Positions 46,712-55,313 of a DNA stretch of 64,000 nucleotides are shown here, one piece after another. Both the position numbers and the translations under genes were made by a program. The notes beneath the pieces were generated by a model that worked only from the letters and a program-made list of their open reading frames with translations, ran no database searches and was not told the origin of the DNA. The stretch comes from a virus (Duplodnaviria; Caudoviricetes), in IMG/VR virus record IMGVR_UViG_3300021356_000018, positions 223-64,222 of that record; one strand, given 5' to 3'. The stretch's first letter is position 1. Every line of letters begins with the position of its first letter.

Positions 46712-47374
46712 CTATCCTTTATTATATGTTGACTTTGAATCTATTGCCACAAAATAAGTGACGTTATCCCCTTTGAACTCTGAGATACCTTTTGAACAAA
46801 TGGTAACCTCATAATCCATTGGCATTAGTTTCAAGTTATCAGTTTTAATGATGACTTTAAACTCATCGTCAGTTTCACCAATTTCAACACCAAAGTCATC
46901 TGTGTTGTCATTAGCACTGTCGATTGCTTTCAGAGTACACTTGCCGTTTTCACCAACAAATGCAATCTCTGTGAACTGAAGAACTCCCGCTGCTTTGAGA
47001 ACTGAAGAAAGGTCACTTTCTGTTACATTCACTACAACGTCTTCAGATGGTATATTTATATCTTTTTCGGGTGGAGTATGAATCATAGAGATGTCTGCAT
47101 AGACATATTTGGTTCGTCTCTTACCTTCCGATATAATAAAGTATTTATCACCAAACTCTACGTCTGGGTCATTATACAAGCCTAAAATTGACAGGAATCT
47201 AGATAAATCATATACACAAGCTTCGCTTGGTATTTCATCTGGAATTTCTGCAATTGCAATAAGCGTTTTTTCTGGAGTAATCGTCTTTAGAACATTACCT
47301 GGCTTCATCAAAATAGATTTGTTGATTGAGGTAAAGCTCTTGAGAACACTCAAGGTTTCGTTAGAAAATTTCAT
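46712..47374 (-). CDS. gp45: Sliding clamp
   Basis: MKFSNETLSVLKSFTSINKSI, YDLSRFL, YFVAI. Confidence 0.95.
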   Translation of the reverse strand: MKFSNETLSVLKSFTSINKSILMKPGNVLKTITPEKTLIAIAEIPDEIPSEACVYDLSRFLSILGLYNDPDVEFGDKYFIISEGKRRTKYVYADISMIHTPPEKDINIPSEDVVVNVTESDLSSVLKAAGVLQFTEIAFVGENGKCTLKAIDSANDNTDDFGVEIGETDDEFKVIIKTDNLKLMPMDYEVTICSKGISEFKGDNVTYFVAIDSKSTYNKG

Positions 47375-47406
47375 AATATAAATTTCTCCTGATTAATGAA
47401 AGGTTT

Positions 47407-47435
47407 ATTATAACATACTTTAGGTTGTTTGTCAA
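47407..47435 (-). promoter_or_regulatory. Sigma70-type early promoter
   Basis: TTGACA-N17-TATAAT, extended -10. Confidence 0.9.
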
Positions 47436-47438
47436 CCA

Positions 47439-48290
47439 CTACTTATAACTCTTTTTACTAGAAGTGCTATCAGCAGTTGCTGTCACTCCAAGCTCTGCAA
47501 TGGAACCCATACCACCTTTAAAGATATATGTTCCTGTGTGGTTTAGTTGCATCCAAGGACACATCCAAACTTTCAGTCCCGCTTTACGGGCTTGCTTACA
47601 GAAGAAATAATCTTCTGATAAGTAACGCTTAGAATCTGGGTCAATAACACAATCAAAGAAAGCTGTAATTTCTCTTGTGCCATCAAATTGGTCTGTTCGT
47701 ACATGGTCTGGTAAATACGATAACTCTGGATACGCATCACGATATTTTTCTAATGCTTCTCTTGAGATTAACATAAATCCAGTTCCTGCTTCTTGTACTT
47801 CAACCGGTTCACTCAATTTAAATGATTGCATACCTTTAACTGGGTTGAATACGAAGTCTGATGTAAATCTTTCTAGTTCAAATGGATTCTCATCTGATTT
47901 ACCCATTTGCGCAGCTCTAGCTACTTTTTCCCATGCAATTGTTTTCTTAGGATAAGGTCCTGTTACAATTGGATATTCTTCTGGGTCTTGTAAATGTAAA
48001 CCAAGTAATGCTAATGCATCACGAGGATTGAATGCAATATCTGCATCAATGAATAATAAGTGAGAACAATCTGAACGGAGGAATTCGTCTACAATATAGT
48101 TCCTAGCACGTTGTACAAGGCTCTCATTGAAAAGGAAATAGTATTTTAATGGGATACCATGGGTGGCACATAACATGCTTAGATCGTTGGTAGATTTTGT
48201 GTAAAGGCCCGTTGCCTGACCACCATACATTGGTGTACCTACAAAGATACTATACTTTCTTAGTTCTTCTGTTTTAATTTCAATTTTCAT
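47439..48290 (-). CDS. GT-A fold glycosyltransferase-like protein
   Basis: GTPMYGG, ESLVQRARN, LFIDADI, GTGFMLI, LSEDYFFC. Confidence 0.8.
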   Translation of the reverse strand: MKIEIKTEELRKYSIFVGTPMYGGQATGLYTKSTNDLSMLCATHGIPLKYYFLFNESLVQRARNYIVDEFLRSDCSHLLFIDADIAFNPRDALALLGLHLQDPEEYPIVTGPYPKKTIAWEKVARAAQMGKSDENPFELERFTSDFVFNPVKGMQSFKLSEPVEVQEAGTGFMLISREALEKYRDAYPELSYLPDHVRTDQFDGTREITAFFDCVIDPDSKRYLSEDYFFCKQARKAGLKVWMCPWMQLNHTGTYIFKGGMGSIAELGVTATADSTSSKKSYK

Positions 48291-48913
48291 ATTTGCTCCA
48301 AATCATTTTCTGCTCTTACGATTGCTTGTAACCTAAGTACATCTGCTAATACATCCCAAGAACTATCATGCGCTTTAAATGTTTTATCCCATTTTTCTGT
48401 GTCGGCAATAGGACAGAATCCGTTTTGTTTGTTTTCAAAGTTAAATTTAGCATCAATATAAGTTCTCATATCACGTACCATATAGTATTTCAAATAGTTA
48501 TAGAGATGAGCTTTACGACCTTGACTATCAAAAAGTCTTGTAATAATAATTGGGTCGAAAGCATTACCACGAGTCCACCAATGGCCGATATTTTCGTCAA
48601 CAACTAAGTTGTGAAAATTTGATACGAACTCTTTTACTGTAAGGTCTTGCTGTGATGGTTTAATTTTATCACGAACTTCTTTAGATTGTTCTGACCAAAA
48701 CTGAATTACATCTTGTTCAATCTCATAACCATATTCCTTAACTTGTTCTGCAACATTAAGCTTAAACCTACGAGTTTTATTGATGTCTGCTGGAGTATAA
48801 GGATTTGTAGTAAAATTATCCCAGTCAAAAATCATTACTGAACAGTCAACGACTGCACAAGTTGTAGGCTCTGTGCCCATTGTTTCAAAGTCAAGTACTA
48901 AATGTTTTTTCAT
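48287..48913 (-). CDS. dexA: DexA-like 3'-5' exonuclease (DEDDh)
   Basis: LDFETMG, RGNAFD, RDMRT, HDSSWD. Confidence 0.85.
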   Translation of the reverse strand: MKKHLVLDFETMGTEPTTCAVVDCSVMIFDWDNFTTNPYTPADINKTRRFKLNVAEQVKEYGYEIEQDVIQFWSEQSKEVRDKIKPSQQDLTVKEFVSNFHNLVVDENIGHWWTRGNAFDPIIITRLFDSQGRKAHLYNYLKYYMVRDMRTYIDAKFNFENKQNGFCPIADTEKWDKTFKAHDSSWDVLADVLRLQAIVRAENDLEQI

Positions 48914-50142
48914 GTCATAAACTCGGTTATATCTACAGATGAGTGACTATCACGAATACGCTGTGATAAGTTGTCTTGGTACATAAATGTAGCATCTTCC
49001 ATCGGTAATTTTTTCTCTATTGCTTTCTTAACCTGAGTAGCCATATCCCTTGCAGTTTTGTAAGGTACATTTTGGCAGATGTGGTTGATGCTTTTCTCTG
49101 GGTCAAGTAATTCATAATCTTCAGGAAGTCCCATGATGTTCATTGCTTCCCTTATGTTTATATATCTATCTTCGACGGGGTGAGTAAGAACATGTGGCAT
49201 ATGTACTACAAATGCTCCAATGTATCGAATAGGAATTACTGTTCCTCTCCACATTACTCCACCACCTGCTTTAAGTTTTTCATATCGTCTCATACATTTA
49301 TCGGCTTCTCTATCAAGTCCTAGCCCTCTCATGTATTCAGATACTTCAGCATAGTTTTTACCATGATGATGTATGATTTCACTTTCAACATTATACGATG
49401 CTCTTGTGAATGTTTCGTCTTCTCTTAATTCTGCAGCAAAATCACTATGAGTCATTCCGCCTTTTAATTCTTCTAGTAAGTATTTGTAGTATGGGTCATC
49501 TTGAGATGGAATACGCTTATTAATTGTTTCTGTTTGGAAATTAGATTTTGTTTCTAATAACAAGTCAGTAATGGTTGGCATCTCTTTGTCAAAATACTCA
49601 AATACTGGTACCTTATTTTTAAATACATCTTTTTTCCAAAAGAAATAAAACGATCGCCTACGAACTTGAGGATTACCATGCAACAATGTCTTTGTAGTAT
49701 AAATGGTCATGTTATAACCAGCTTCTTGCCCAATTTCCATAAGCTTCTTTTTCATAAATGCACCAACATTGGTAGCAAGAGCAGGAGCGTTTTCACCCCA
49801 TAAAACTTTAGGAGCAATCTCATTGAGTACAAATTTTGTAGATTTTACAAGCCATTGGTTATTTGGATTCTGTTCACCATAAGAATTGTGATAACTACTC
49901 AAACCTGCACAAGGACATACTGACGATACCACATCAACTTTCTTATATCGCTTAGGTGCATTCTCGCCATCAACAACGTGATATGGAATATTGTGGTCGT
50001 GTTCTTTATAATAATTTAACAAATGCTTTTCATTACCTTCAAATCCGCCGTATGTCATTAAGTACTCAGGCTTCTGTCCGTAAGCTTCGTCAGATGCTAA
50101 TATCTCCCCTCCAATTAGTGGGATAATTCCTGCATGTTTCAT
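48910..50142 (-). CDS. C5-cytosine methyltransferase-fold protein with divergent SAM motif
   Basis: CPCAGLS (IV), WGENAP (VI), PQVRRR (VIII), REAMNIMGLP (IX), QNVP (X); motif I reads PLIGG. Confidence 0.75.
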   Translation of the reverse strand: MKHAGIIPLIGGEILASDEAYGQKPEYLMTYGGFEGNEKHLLNYYKEHDHNIPYHVVDGENAPKRYKKVDVVSSVCPCAGLSSYHNSYGEQNPNNQWLVKSTKFVLNEIAPKVLWGENAPALATNVGAFMKKKLMEIGQEAGYNMTIYTTKTLLHGNPQVRRRSFYFFWKKDVFKNKVPVFEYFDKEMPTITDLLLETKSNFQTETINKRIPSQDDPYYKYLLEELKGGMTHSDFAAELREDETFTRASYNVESEIIHHHGKNYAEVSEYMRGLGLDREADKCMRRYEKLKAGGGVMWRGTVIPIRYIGAFVVHMPHVLTHPVEDRYINIREAMNIMGLPEDYELLDPEKSINHICQNVPYKTARDMATQVKKAIEKKLPMEDATFMYQDNLSQRIRDSHSSVDITEFMT

Positions 50143-51263
50143 TCTACTACTCCTAAAAGCTCACTTCTTTGTGTTGCTTTATCTAGTGGGTGGTTATCAT
50201 AAAGACATTCTTTTTGAGCCTTACCCAGTCTTGTTAATTCTTCAACAGACATATTCTCAACACTCTCAATTGTATTTCCAACATATGCCTCCCCGTAAAT
50301 TGCACCTTCTGCATCTGAACATACAAGTACTGACTCTACATCAGCAACCTGTTGAACACGAGAGCGCCACCAACCAGAACCTGCATGATAATATTCAGGC
50401 ATCATGCAACCCCAGTTCTCATTATAAATTTTGCACATCTCAGGCTCTTTAACTCTATATGTTTCAATGCCTTTAGTTTGTTTTGTTTCTCGTCTTGGGC
50501 CAAAGTTTAATACATCCCATGTTGGCTTCTGTTTGTTAAACCAACCCATAGTTTTACTTTGAACAATAGATGAGAATATCCACCTGAGTTTTTTCTCATC
50601 GGGTGGAAGAATAATTGGCTCATCATCAAAGAATCCAAGTAATCCAGCATCTTCGCCATAATTATTTTCTGGTCTACGATTAAGGTTATAAGGATTTGGA
50701 TTATAATTGATAATCTTACCTTTATAATCAATTTTGAATTTGTCGTTGTCACCACCAGCAAATGTACATAAAATCAAGTCATTCTGTTTTTGGTTTACAA
50801 TATGACATGCTTCAATGAATGTGTCAATATGTTTACCCATATCTTCAAGTGGTGTGTCACCTTTATATAGATTTGCTAGGTATGTATTTGTTCCATAATC
50901 AAAGAATGGTTTGCCCGATTCTTTATGAGCAATAAGATTTTCTTCATACAATTTAAATGAGATGAATACTTCACGCACTTGCCAATCATCGTTGGCGAGA
51001 ATTGCATCAGGTCTTGCTGTCAATGCATATAAAGCGTCGAAAGCATGGTGAGCAAAAGATTTAACAGATGAAAGATAGATAATAACTTTATCATATCCGC
51101 TAAGGTCTTCGCCAATTGATACTGTTCGTTGTTCAATCTCGTGGCCCATATCTTCAAGGCATCGAATTAAACTGTAATGTGAGTTTAGAATTTTGAGCTC
51201 TTTACCAAGATAGTAATCTTTAGTACATTGCTCTTTGTTAAACCCTGTGATTAAGATTTTCAT
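50139..51263 (-). CDS. Putative GT-B-fold DNA/nucleotide glycosyltransferase
   Basis: MKILITG, LEDMGHEI, DDWQ, GSGWWRSR; located in the hmC cluster; fold is inferred. Confidence 0.45.
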   Translation of the reverse strand: MKILITGFNKEQCTKDYYLGKELKILNSHYSLIRCLEDMGHEIEQRTVSIGEDLSGYDKVIIYLSSVKSFAHHAFDALYALTARPDAILANDDWQVREVFISFKLYEENLIAHKESGKPFFDYGTNTYLANLYKGDTPLEDMGKHIDTFIEACHIVNQKQNDLILCTFAGGDNDKFKIDYKGKIINYNPNPYNLNRRPENNYGEDAGLLGFFDDEPIILPPDEKKLRWIFSSIVQSKTMGWFNKQKPTWDVLNFGPRRETKQTKGIETYRVKEPEMCKIYNENWGCMMPEYYHAGSGWWRSRVQQVADVESVLVCSDAEGAIYGEAYVGNTIESVENMSVEELTRLGKAQKECLYDNHPLDKATQRSELLGVVE

Positions 51264-51275
51264 AATATCTCCATT

Positions 51276-51959
51276 CTATAGTTTGGATTCCCACTCCAAA
51301 AACTTTTGTTCGTCAAATAATTTAGTACCTCCAGCTGTGGTTATGTGCTGAATGTATTTACCCTTTTTACCCCAGTGACCCCATTCGTTACTAATGCTTG
51401 TGTATTTACCATAATGGTTACCGACTAGGACATTAAACAATGATTGGTCATGCTGTGGTTGAGGCACATCAAGTTGTGCTCTCCAGTGGTCTTTTGTTGC
51501 TTCGTAATATTTTCTATCAAATAAAACTGTACCTGAGCAAAAGTATATATGCTCATCAGGTATTCCTAAGCGTTCGTTAAATCTTTTTTGTTTTGCAGCT
51601 GCTGCTTCTGTATTGTAGCCATAATCCATCATTGCTGAAAATTCATCGTTCTCAAATAAGTTAGGACAAATTTTAGTAATAATAGCATCACTATCCAAGT
51701 ACATAATTTTATCGTACCCTTGCTCGAATAGTTTGTAAATATAAAGTTTATGATAAGCAGGTGAGTATTGGCTACCTAACCACTCATCTGTTGTAAGTCT
51801 GAAATACTCTGCATCATGTTGCATCGCATAAGCTTTTGCTCGTTGTGCTGAGTAATCGTAAAGTTCTTGTGCGTAATGAAATTTTTTCTTGCCTTCTGAG
51901 CGACCGCCATTCGGCTTTATCTGCACTTGAAAAACAAGGTTCTTTTCAATTTTACTCAT
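51276..51959 (-). CDS. GT-A glycosyltransferase (GT8/GT34-like)
   Basis: IMYLDSDA, FCSGTVLF, DQSLFN. Confidence 0.75.
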   Translation of the reverse strand: MSKIEKNLVFQVQIKPNGGRSEGKKKFHYAQELYDYSAQRAKAYAMQHDAEYFRLTTDEWLGSQYSPAYHKLYIYKLFEQGYDKIMYLDSDAIITKICPNLFENDEFSAMMDYGYNTEAAAAKQKRFNERLGIPDEHIYFCSGTVLFDRKYYEATKDHWRAQLDVPQPQHDQSLFNVLVGNHYGKYTSISNEWGHWGKKGKYIQHITTAGGTKLFDEQKFLEWESKL

Positions 51960-51984
51960 AATGTAATCACCTAATTAATTGTAT

Positions 51985-52013
51985 ATTATAACATGTTTTT
52001 ATTGGAATGTACA
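51985..52013 (-). promoter_or_regulatory. Sigma70-type promoter with variant -35
   Basis: TGTACA-N17-TATAAT, extended -10. Confidence 0.65.
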
Positions 52014-52031
52014 CAATTATTTATGAAAATT

Positions 52032-52487
52032 TTACAGTGTAATTTCGCTGGCGTCATATATCGACCAAGCAACTCCTGCTTCTAAAAACATATTGGATGT
52101 TTTAGTAAAGGAACTCTTCCAATTATCTGGTACATCTTCTGCTGCCATAACAGTTCTTACACATCCTACTTGAATTATGCCTTTTGCACATTCATGGCAA
52201 ATTGGTAAACCCCAAACGTATGCAGTTGCACCACGAAGAGATTGACCATGAGCTGTGGCATTGTATATACCATTCATTTCTGCATGAGATACTAACTCAT
52301 ACTTAAGCTCTCTATCGTTGTATCGTTCTTCTGTATCTTCGATACCTCGTGGAAAGCCATTATAACCTGTAGAGACGATTCTACGATTGACAACATAGAC
52401 AGCACCTATTTGTTTAGATGGGTCTTTACTCCATGTAGAAACTTCTCTTGCTAATCTTAAAAATCTTACATCCCATTTATCTGGCAC
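52032..52487 (-). CDS. cd: dCMP deaminase
   Basis: SKDPS, GYNGFPRG, HAEMN, PICHECAK; GTG start after GAGGA. Confidence 0.92.
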   Translation of the reverse strand: MPDKWDVRFLRLAREVSTWSKDPSKQIGAVYVVNRRIVSTGYNGFPRGIEDTEERYNDRELKYELVSHAEMNGIYNATAHGQSLRGATAYVWGLPICHECAKGIIQVGCVRTVMAAEDVPDNWKSSFTKTSNMFLEAGVAWSIYDASEITL

Positions 52488-53142
52488 TAATAAGTTCCTC
52501 AATAAAGTTGAAGTGTCTTTCGTAAACATGGAAGTTGGATGCTGTCCATATCAAATTACCACATTGAACACCGAGTTCATATGCAAGTTTATGTTGAACG
52601 CTTCTTGCCCATGCTTTATCATTGTTATAACCAAAGACTGCATCGTTCGAACGCATCAGATAATGAGATTCAAGTTGACCATCGCGAATATAAAATGTAT
52701 TTGCATATGTACACATAAAGTCATTCATGCCATCGCGAGACATATCGACATGCATACTTGGTCTATTGTATATCATAGTGGCTCTACGTGAATTTGGATT
52801 GTTTTTCAGTTCACGCAAAACATGTTTATATTGGTTACCATTATCTTCAGAATAAATGCACCAGCCGTAATTAGAATTAATCTCACCTTCTGTTGATGCA
52901 ATTGATTTCCATATCTGAGGAGTTTCTCCAGGAATATCGTTTACATTAAGCGATTGAGATTCATACCATTCCAATTCACGTTCGATGTACTCATAGGCTG
53001 GTTTACGAATAACATAGTCTTCGTCTGCAATAAATGTTGCACCAATGATTTCAATAGTTTTAGCACCTGTTCTGTCGATTACAAAATCTTCATCAAGGTA
53101 CTTATCAATAATCAGTTGTCTTATGTTACCAACTGTTAACAT
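52477..53142 (-). CDS. gp42: dCMP hydroxymethylase (T4 gp42-like)
   Basis: NSNYGW, SRRATMIYNRPSM, DFMCT, MRSNDAVFGYNND (Asp = cytosine specificity), HVYERHF. Confidence 0.9.
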   Translation of the reverse strand: MLTVGNIRQLIIDKYLDEDFVIDRTGAKTIEIIGATFIADEDYVIRKPAYEYIERELEWYESQSLNVNDIPGETPQIWKSIASTEGEINSNYGWCIYSEDNGNQYKHVLRELKNNPNSRRATMIYNRPSMHVDMSRDGMNDFMCTYANTFYIRDGQLESHYLMRSNDAVFGYNNDKAWARSVQHKLAYELGVQCGNLIWTASNFHVYERHFNFIEELISAR

Positions 53143-53396
53143 TAAATACTCTCCAGCAATGCTTCCATATCTTCAACTTCAGTTACTACTGAGCTGATAT
53201 TTTGTTTGTGAAAAACTCTTGCAGCTTTTCGTAGTGTTGCTTTTGGGATATCAACATCATCTGCTAATGCATCAATTGCATCTTTTTGGAATGCTCTTTC
53301 GCCTTCCATTCTTACATATGAATTACTAATTTCTTCAAATGCACCACGTATGCGTTTTTTATCTTCTTCGCTTGAAGGTATAATGATATTACTCAT
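53142..53396 (-). CDS. T4 DsbA-like dsDNA-binding protein
   Basis: EISNS...KDAI...LRKAARVFHKQN; AGGAGA SD before ATG 53396. Confidence 0.65.
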   Translation of the reverse strand: MSNIIIPSSEEDKKRIRGAFEEISNSYVRMEGERAFQKDAIDALADDVDIPKATLRKAARVFHKQNISSVVTEVEDMEALLESI

Positions 53397-53727
53397 CTCT
53401 ATTTCTCCTGTTAAATACATCATGACGAGGGTCTTGGCCTGGAATCATATGTCGAGCATATGCAACAAAGAAACTCGAATAGTTAATTAAGTCTTTAGCT
53501 GAATCTTCAAGCGATTCAAAGTTGGGTTCGTAATCATCAGATTGCATGGCTTCCATGACAGATTTCATGCGGAGCATTTTAGCGTGCATGATGTCATGGA
53601 TTGTGGTTAAGCCATTAGGATAATAGTCCGCTTGGGAAACGGACGAATTAGGATTCTGATAATCACGAGATTTTTGTTCTTGTAAGTCAATGCATTCTTG
53701 CAAGACGTTTACAGATTCTCGGGACAT
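53389..53727 (-). CDS. Nucleotide-modification-associated protein (DUF1599-like)
   Basis: KSRDY, KMLRM, ESLEDSAKDLINY. Confidence 0.7.
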   Translation of the reverse strand: MSRESVNVLQECIDLQEQKSRDYQNPNSSVSQADYYPNGLTTIHDIMHAKMLRMKSVMEAMQSDDYEPNFESLEDSAKDLINYSSFFVAYARHMIPGQDPRHDVFNRRNRDE

Positions 53728-53758
53728 AGTTTTCACCTTTTTCATAATTTAAAGTGTT

Positions 53759-53787
53759 ATTATAACACGTTGTGTAAGTTTTGTCAA
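53759..53787 (-). promoter_or_regulatory. Sigma70-type early promoter
   Basis: TTGACA-N17-TATAAT, extended -10. Confidence 0.9.
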
Positions 53788-53792
53788 CCTTT

Positions 53793-54026
53793 TTATACAA
53801 CTTTTGGTGGCACTGGCTTAGCAAAATGATTGTTTACATTTAAGAGTTTGTCTTCAGCTTCAGATAATAGCTCTAACTCTTTGTCAATCGTTTCAATAAC
53901 ACCAGGATGTTCTGCAACACCTACGCCATTCTCAAGCATAACAGTAATATTTGCTTTATGCTCAGCAATTGCAGCTTGATACTTAGCGATCAAAGCTTGT
54001 AAAATTGTTTCTCTCAGTTCTTTCAT
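53793..54026 (-). CDS. Conserved hypothetical phage protein
   Basis: VGVAEHPGVIETIDKEL; AGGAG SD. Confidence 0.75.
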   Translation of the reverse strand: MKELRETILQALIAKYQAAIAEHKANITVMLENGVGVAEHPGVIETIDKELELLSEAEDKLLNVNNHFAKPVPPKVV

Positions 54027-54035
54027 GATATACTC

Positions 54036-54437
54036 CTATAAGTCTGAAAATTTGCCGTGATTACCTTCATGCGAAGGTGGGTACCAATCATCGGGCTTAA
54101 TTAAATCTGGTACTCCAAGTGGATTAGGGCGAGATGGCTTTTCACCTACCTCTTTGTTCATATTAGCTTTAAGAACTTCGTCCCAAGCTTTATAAGGGTC
54201 GACACCGAAAGCATCGAGTGTGCCTATGGCAACAACACATAGGTCAATTAATCCATCTACAATTTCTTCTGCATCATTTTCAGATACAGCTTTACGAGTT
54301 TCTTCTAGTTCTTCATTGAGAAAGTCAACACGAAACTCGAGAAACTTTTTTAGTTTCTCTGGATTGTTTTCAACCCATTGTCTTGTTAGATATTTACCTT
54401 GCATTAAGTGAATATCTTCTACCCAGTTTTTACTCAT
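54036..54437 (-). CDS. MazG-like/PRA-PH NTP pyrophosphatase (possible dCTPase)
   Basis: EELEE, EIVDGLIDL, AWDEVLKANMNK, LIKP; AAGGA SD before ATG 54437. Confidence 0.8.
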   Translation of the reverse strand: MSKNWVEDIHLMQGKYLTRQWVENNPEKLKKFLEFRVDFLNEELEETRKAVSENDAEEIVDGLIDLCVVAIGTLDAFGVDPYKAWDEVLKANMNKEVGEKPSRPNPLGVPDLIKPDDWYPPSHEGNHGKFSDL

Positions 54438-54747
54438 TAGGCATTCCTTGTTGAATGTATACGCCGATGGTACCAATTTGACCATCTGTTAAACCTTTAG
54501 CTGTGGGCCACATCATTGCAGATTGTGGTCCTACGACTTGACCTGCTTTATAAGCAAGTAGTTTTGAAATAATGTAATCAGCATTTTGTCCTTGTAATTT
54601 AGGACCTAGTCCGCCTTGGCCTTGTGGGCCATGACATGCTGCACATGTATTCCAAACTTGTCTGATATCTTTGAAGCTATCAAGATTGTCTTCTGCTGCT
54701 GCATTTGCTGATAACACTAATGTCATCGCGATAATTAATTTGTTCAT
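54430..54747 (-). CDS. Class I c-type cytochrome (c553/c4-like, monohaem)
   Basis: Signal peptide, CAACHG, GPKLQGQ, YIISKLLAYKAG, distal Met in SAMM. Confidence 0.92.
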   Translation of the reverse strand: MNKLIIAMTLVLSANAAAEDNLDSFKDIRQVWNTCAACHGPQGQGGLGPKLQGQNADYIISKLLAYKAGQVVGPQSAMMWPTAKGLTDGQIGTIGVYIQQGMPNE

Positions 54748-54959
54748 AGTTTTGCCTCTAGTTCTGTATATCCACCTATAGCTTCACCGTCCATAGTAAT
54801 CTGAGGAAACGTTCGAGCTGTAGGAAACTTTTCAAAAAATTCTTCAGTGGTATAATCTTCTTGTAGAGTTAAGTACTCATACTCTACACCTTTCTGTTCA
54901 CATAGTGATTTTGCCATTACACAATAACCACATGATGGTTTACCATAAATTGTTACCAT
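54744..54959 (-). CDS. nrdC: Glutaredoxin
   Basis: CGYC, TFPQI, IGGY. Confidence 0.92.
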   Translation of the reverse strand: MVTIYGKPSCGYCVMAKSLCEQKGVEYEYLTLQEDYTTEEFFEKFPTARTFPQITMDGEAIGGYTELEAKL

Positions 54960-54967
54960 AGTTTCTC

Positions 54968-55258
54968 CTATACTAATTTAAGTCCACCACTCGAGTCAGG
55001 CATTGCAATACCTGTAGTAGCTTCAATAACTTGTCTTTTCAATTCATCAGCAGGTTCTAACTGGAACATAACATGTTGTTCGCCAATAACTACTGGGCCA
55101 CGTTTTGCATAAGGTACAAATGGAACCATTCCGATTTTACCTTCTCCTGCCGGAACTAACAGAATAGCGTCTGTTAATGTGTAAAAGCCTTTGTCATAAC
55201 TGACTTCTGCAACAACCTCTTCGCCCGTTACTAGCCTTACAATTTGTACATCTTTCAT
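54968..55258 (-). CDS. Conserved T4-like protein (Sm-like fold)
   Basis: IVRLVTGEEVVA, PFVPY. Confidence 0.65.
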   Translation of the reverse strand: MKDVQIVRLVTGEEVVAEVSYDKGFYTLTDAILLVPAGEGKIGMVPFVPYAKRGPVVIGEQHVMFQLEPADELKRQVIEATTGIAMPDSSGGLKLV

Positions 55259-55284
55259 AATGTCATTCTCCTATTTTGTGCTAT

Positions 55285-55313
55285 ATTATAACACGTTTGT
55301 TTGTATTTGTCAA
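55285..55313 (-). promoter_or_regulatory. Sigma70-type promoter overlapping the gp43 stop
   Basis: TTGACA (contains the TGA stop)-N17-TATAAT. Confidence 0.88.

Noticed and set aside
52477-53142. Thymidylate synthase call
   Set aside because: Motifs follow T4 gp42 (DFMCT, FGYNND with Asp at the specificity position) rather than ThyA (PCH, Asn)
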